DNA from: Octopus sinensis
Lineage: Eukaryota
DNA: 64,000 bases
Direction of reading: 5' to 3'
NCBI RefSeq assembly: GCF_006345805.1
Contig: NC_043010.1
Span: forward strand, 5,642,001-5,706,000
Made by a program: the position numbers and the translations under genes. Below are positions 63,991 to 64,000 of the stretch, one piece after another. The stretch's first letter is position 1. Every line of letters starts with the position of its first letter. The notes under the pieces are model-generated. The model ran no database searches and had not been told where the DNA came from. It saw nothing but the letters and a program-made list of their open reading frames with translations.

Positions 63991-64000
63991 TGTATATGTG

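Overview
AT-rich eukaryotic DNA, almost entirely repetitive. The SINE families and the microsatellite load look like an octopus (coleoid cephalopod) genome; this is recognition from memory, not a search. I found no protein-coding gene that I can name. Nearly all ORFs in the track are translations of microsatellites or SINEs. What is supported: about 45 copies of three tRNA-headed SINE groups (here called A, B, C), RTE, R4/Dong-like and Tx1-like LINE fragments, a mariner transposase relic, hAT, piggyBac-type and pogo-type MITEs, a Helitron-like element and very large microsatellites. The main result is a set of apparently non-coding, Penelope-like or retrozyme-like repeats. Two complete type I hammerhead ribozyme folds are readable (18358-18431 plus, 38751-38850 minus), both with a tiny palindromic stem III and an unusually long stem II, in repeat units of about 501 and 471 bp. 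Two fold-back junctions (about 34150 and 39207) fall on the stem III palindrome, about 10 nt upstream of the predicted cleavage site. A few weak minus-strand exon candidates suggest the window may lie inside a long-intron gene. Coordinates of degenerate repeats are approximate.
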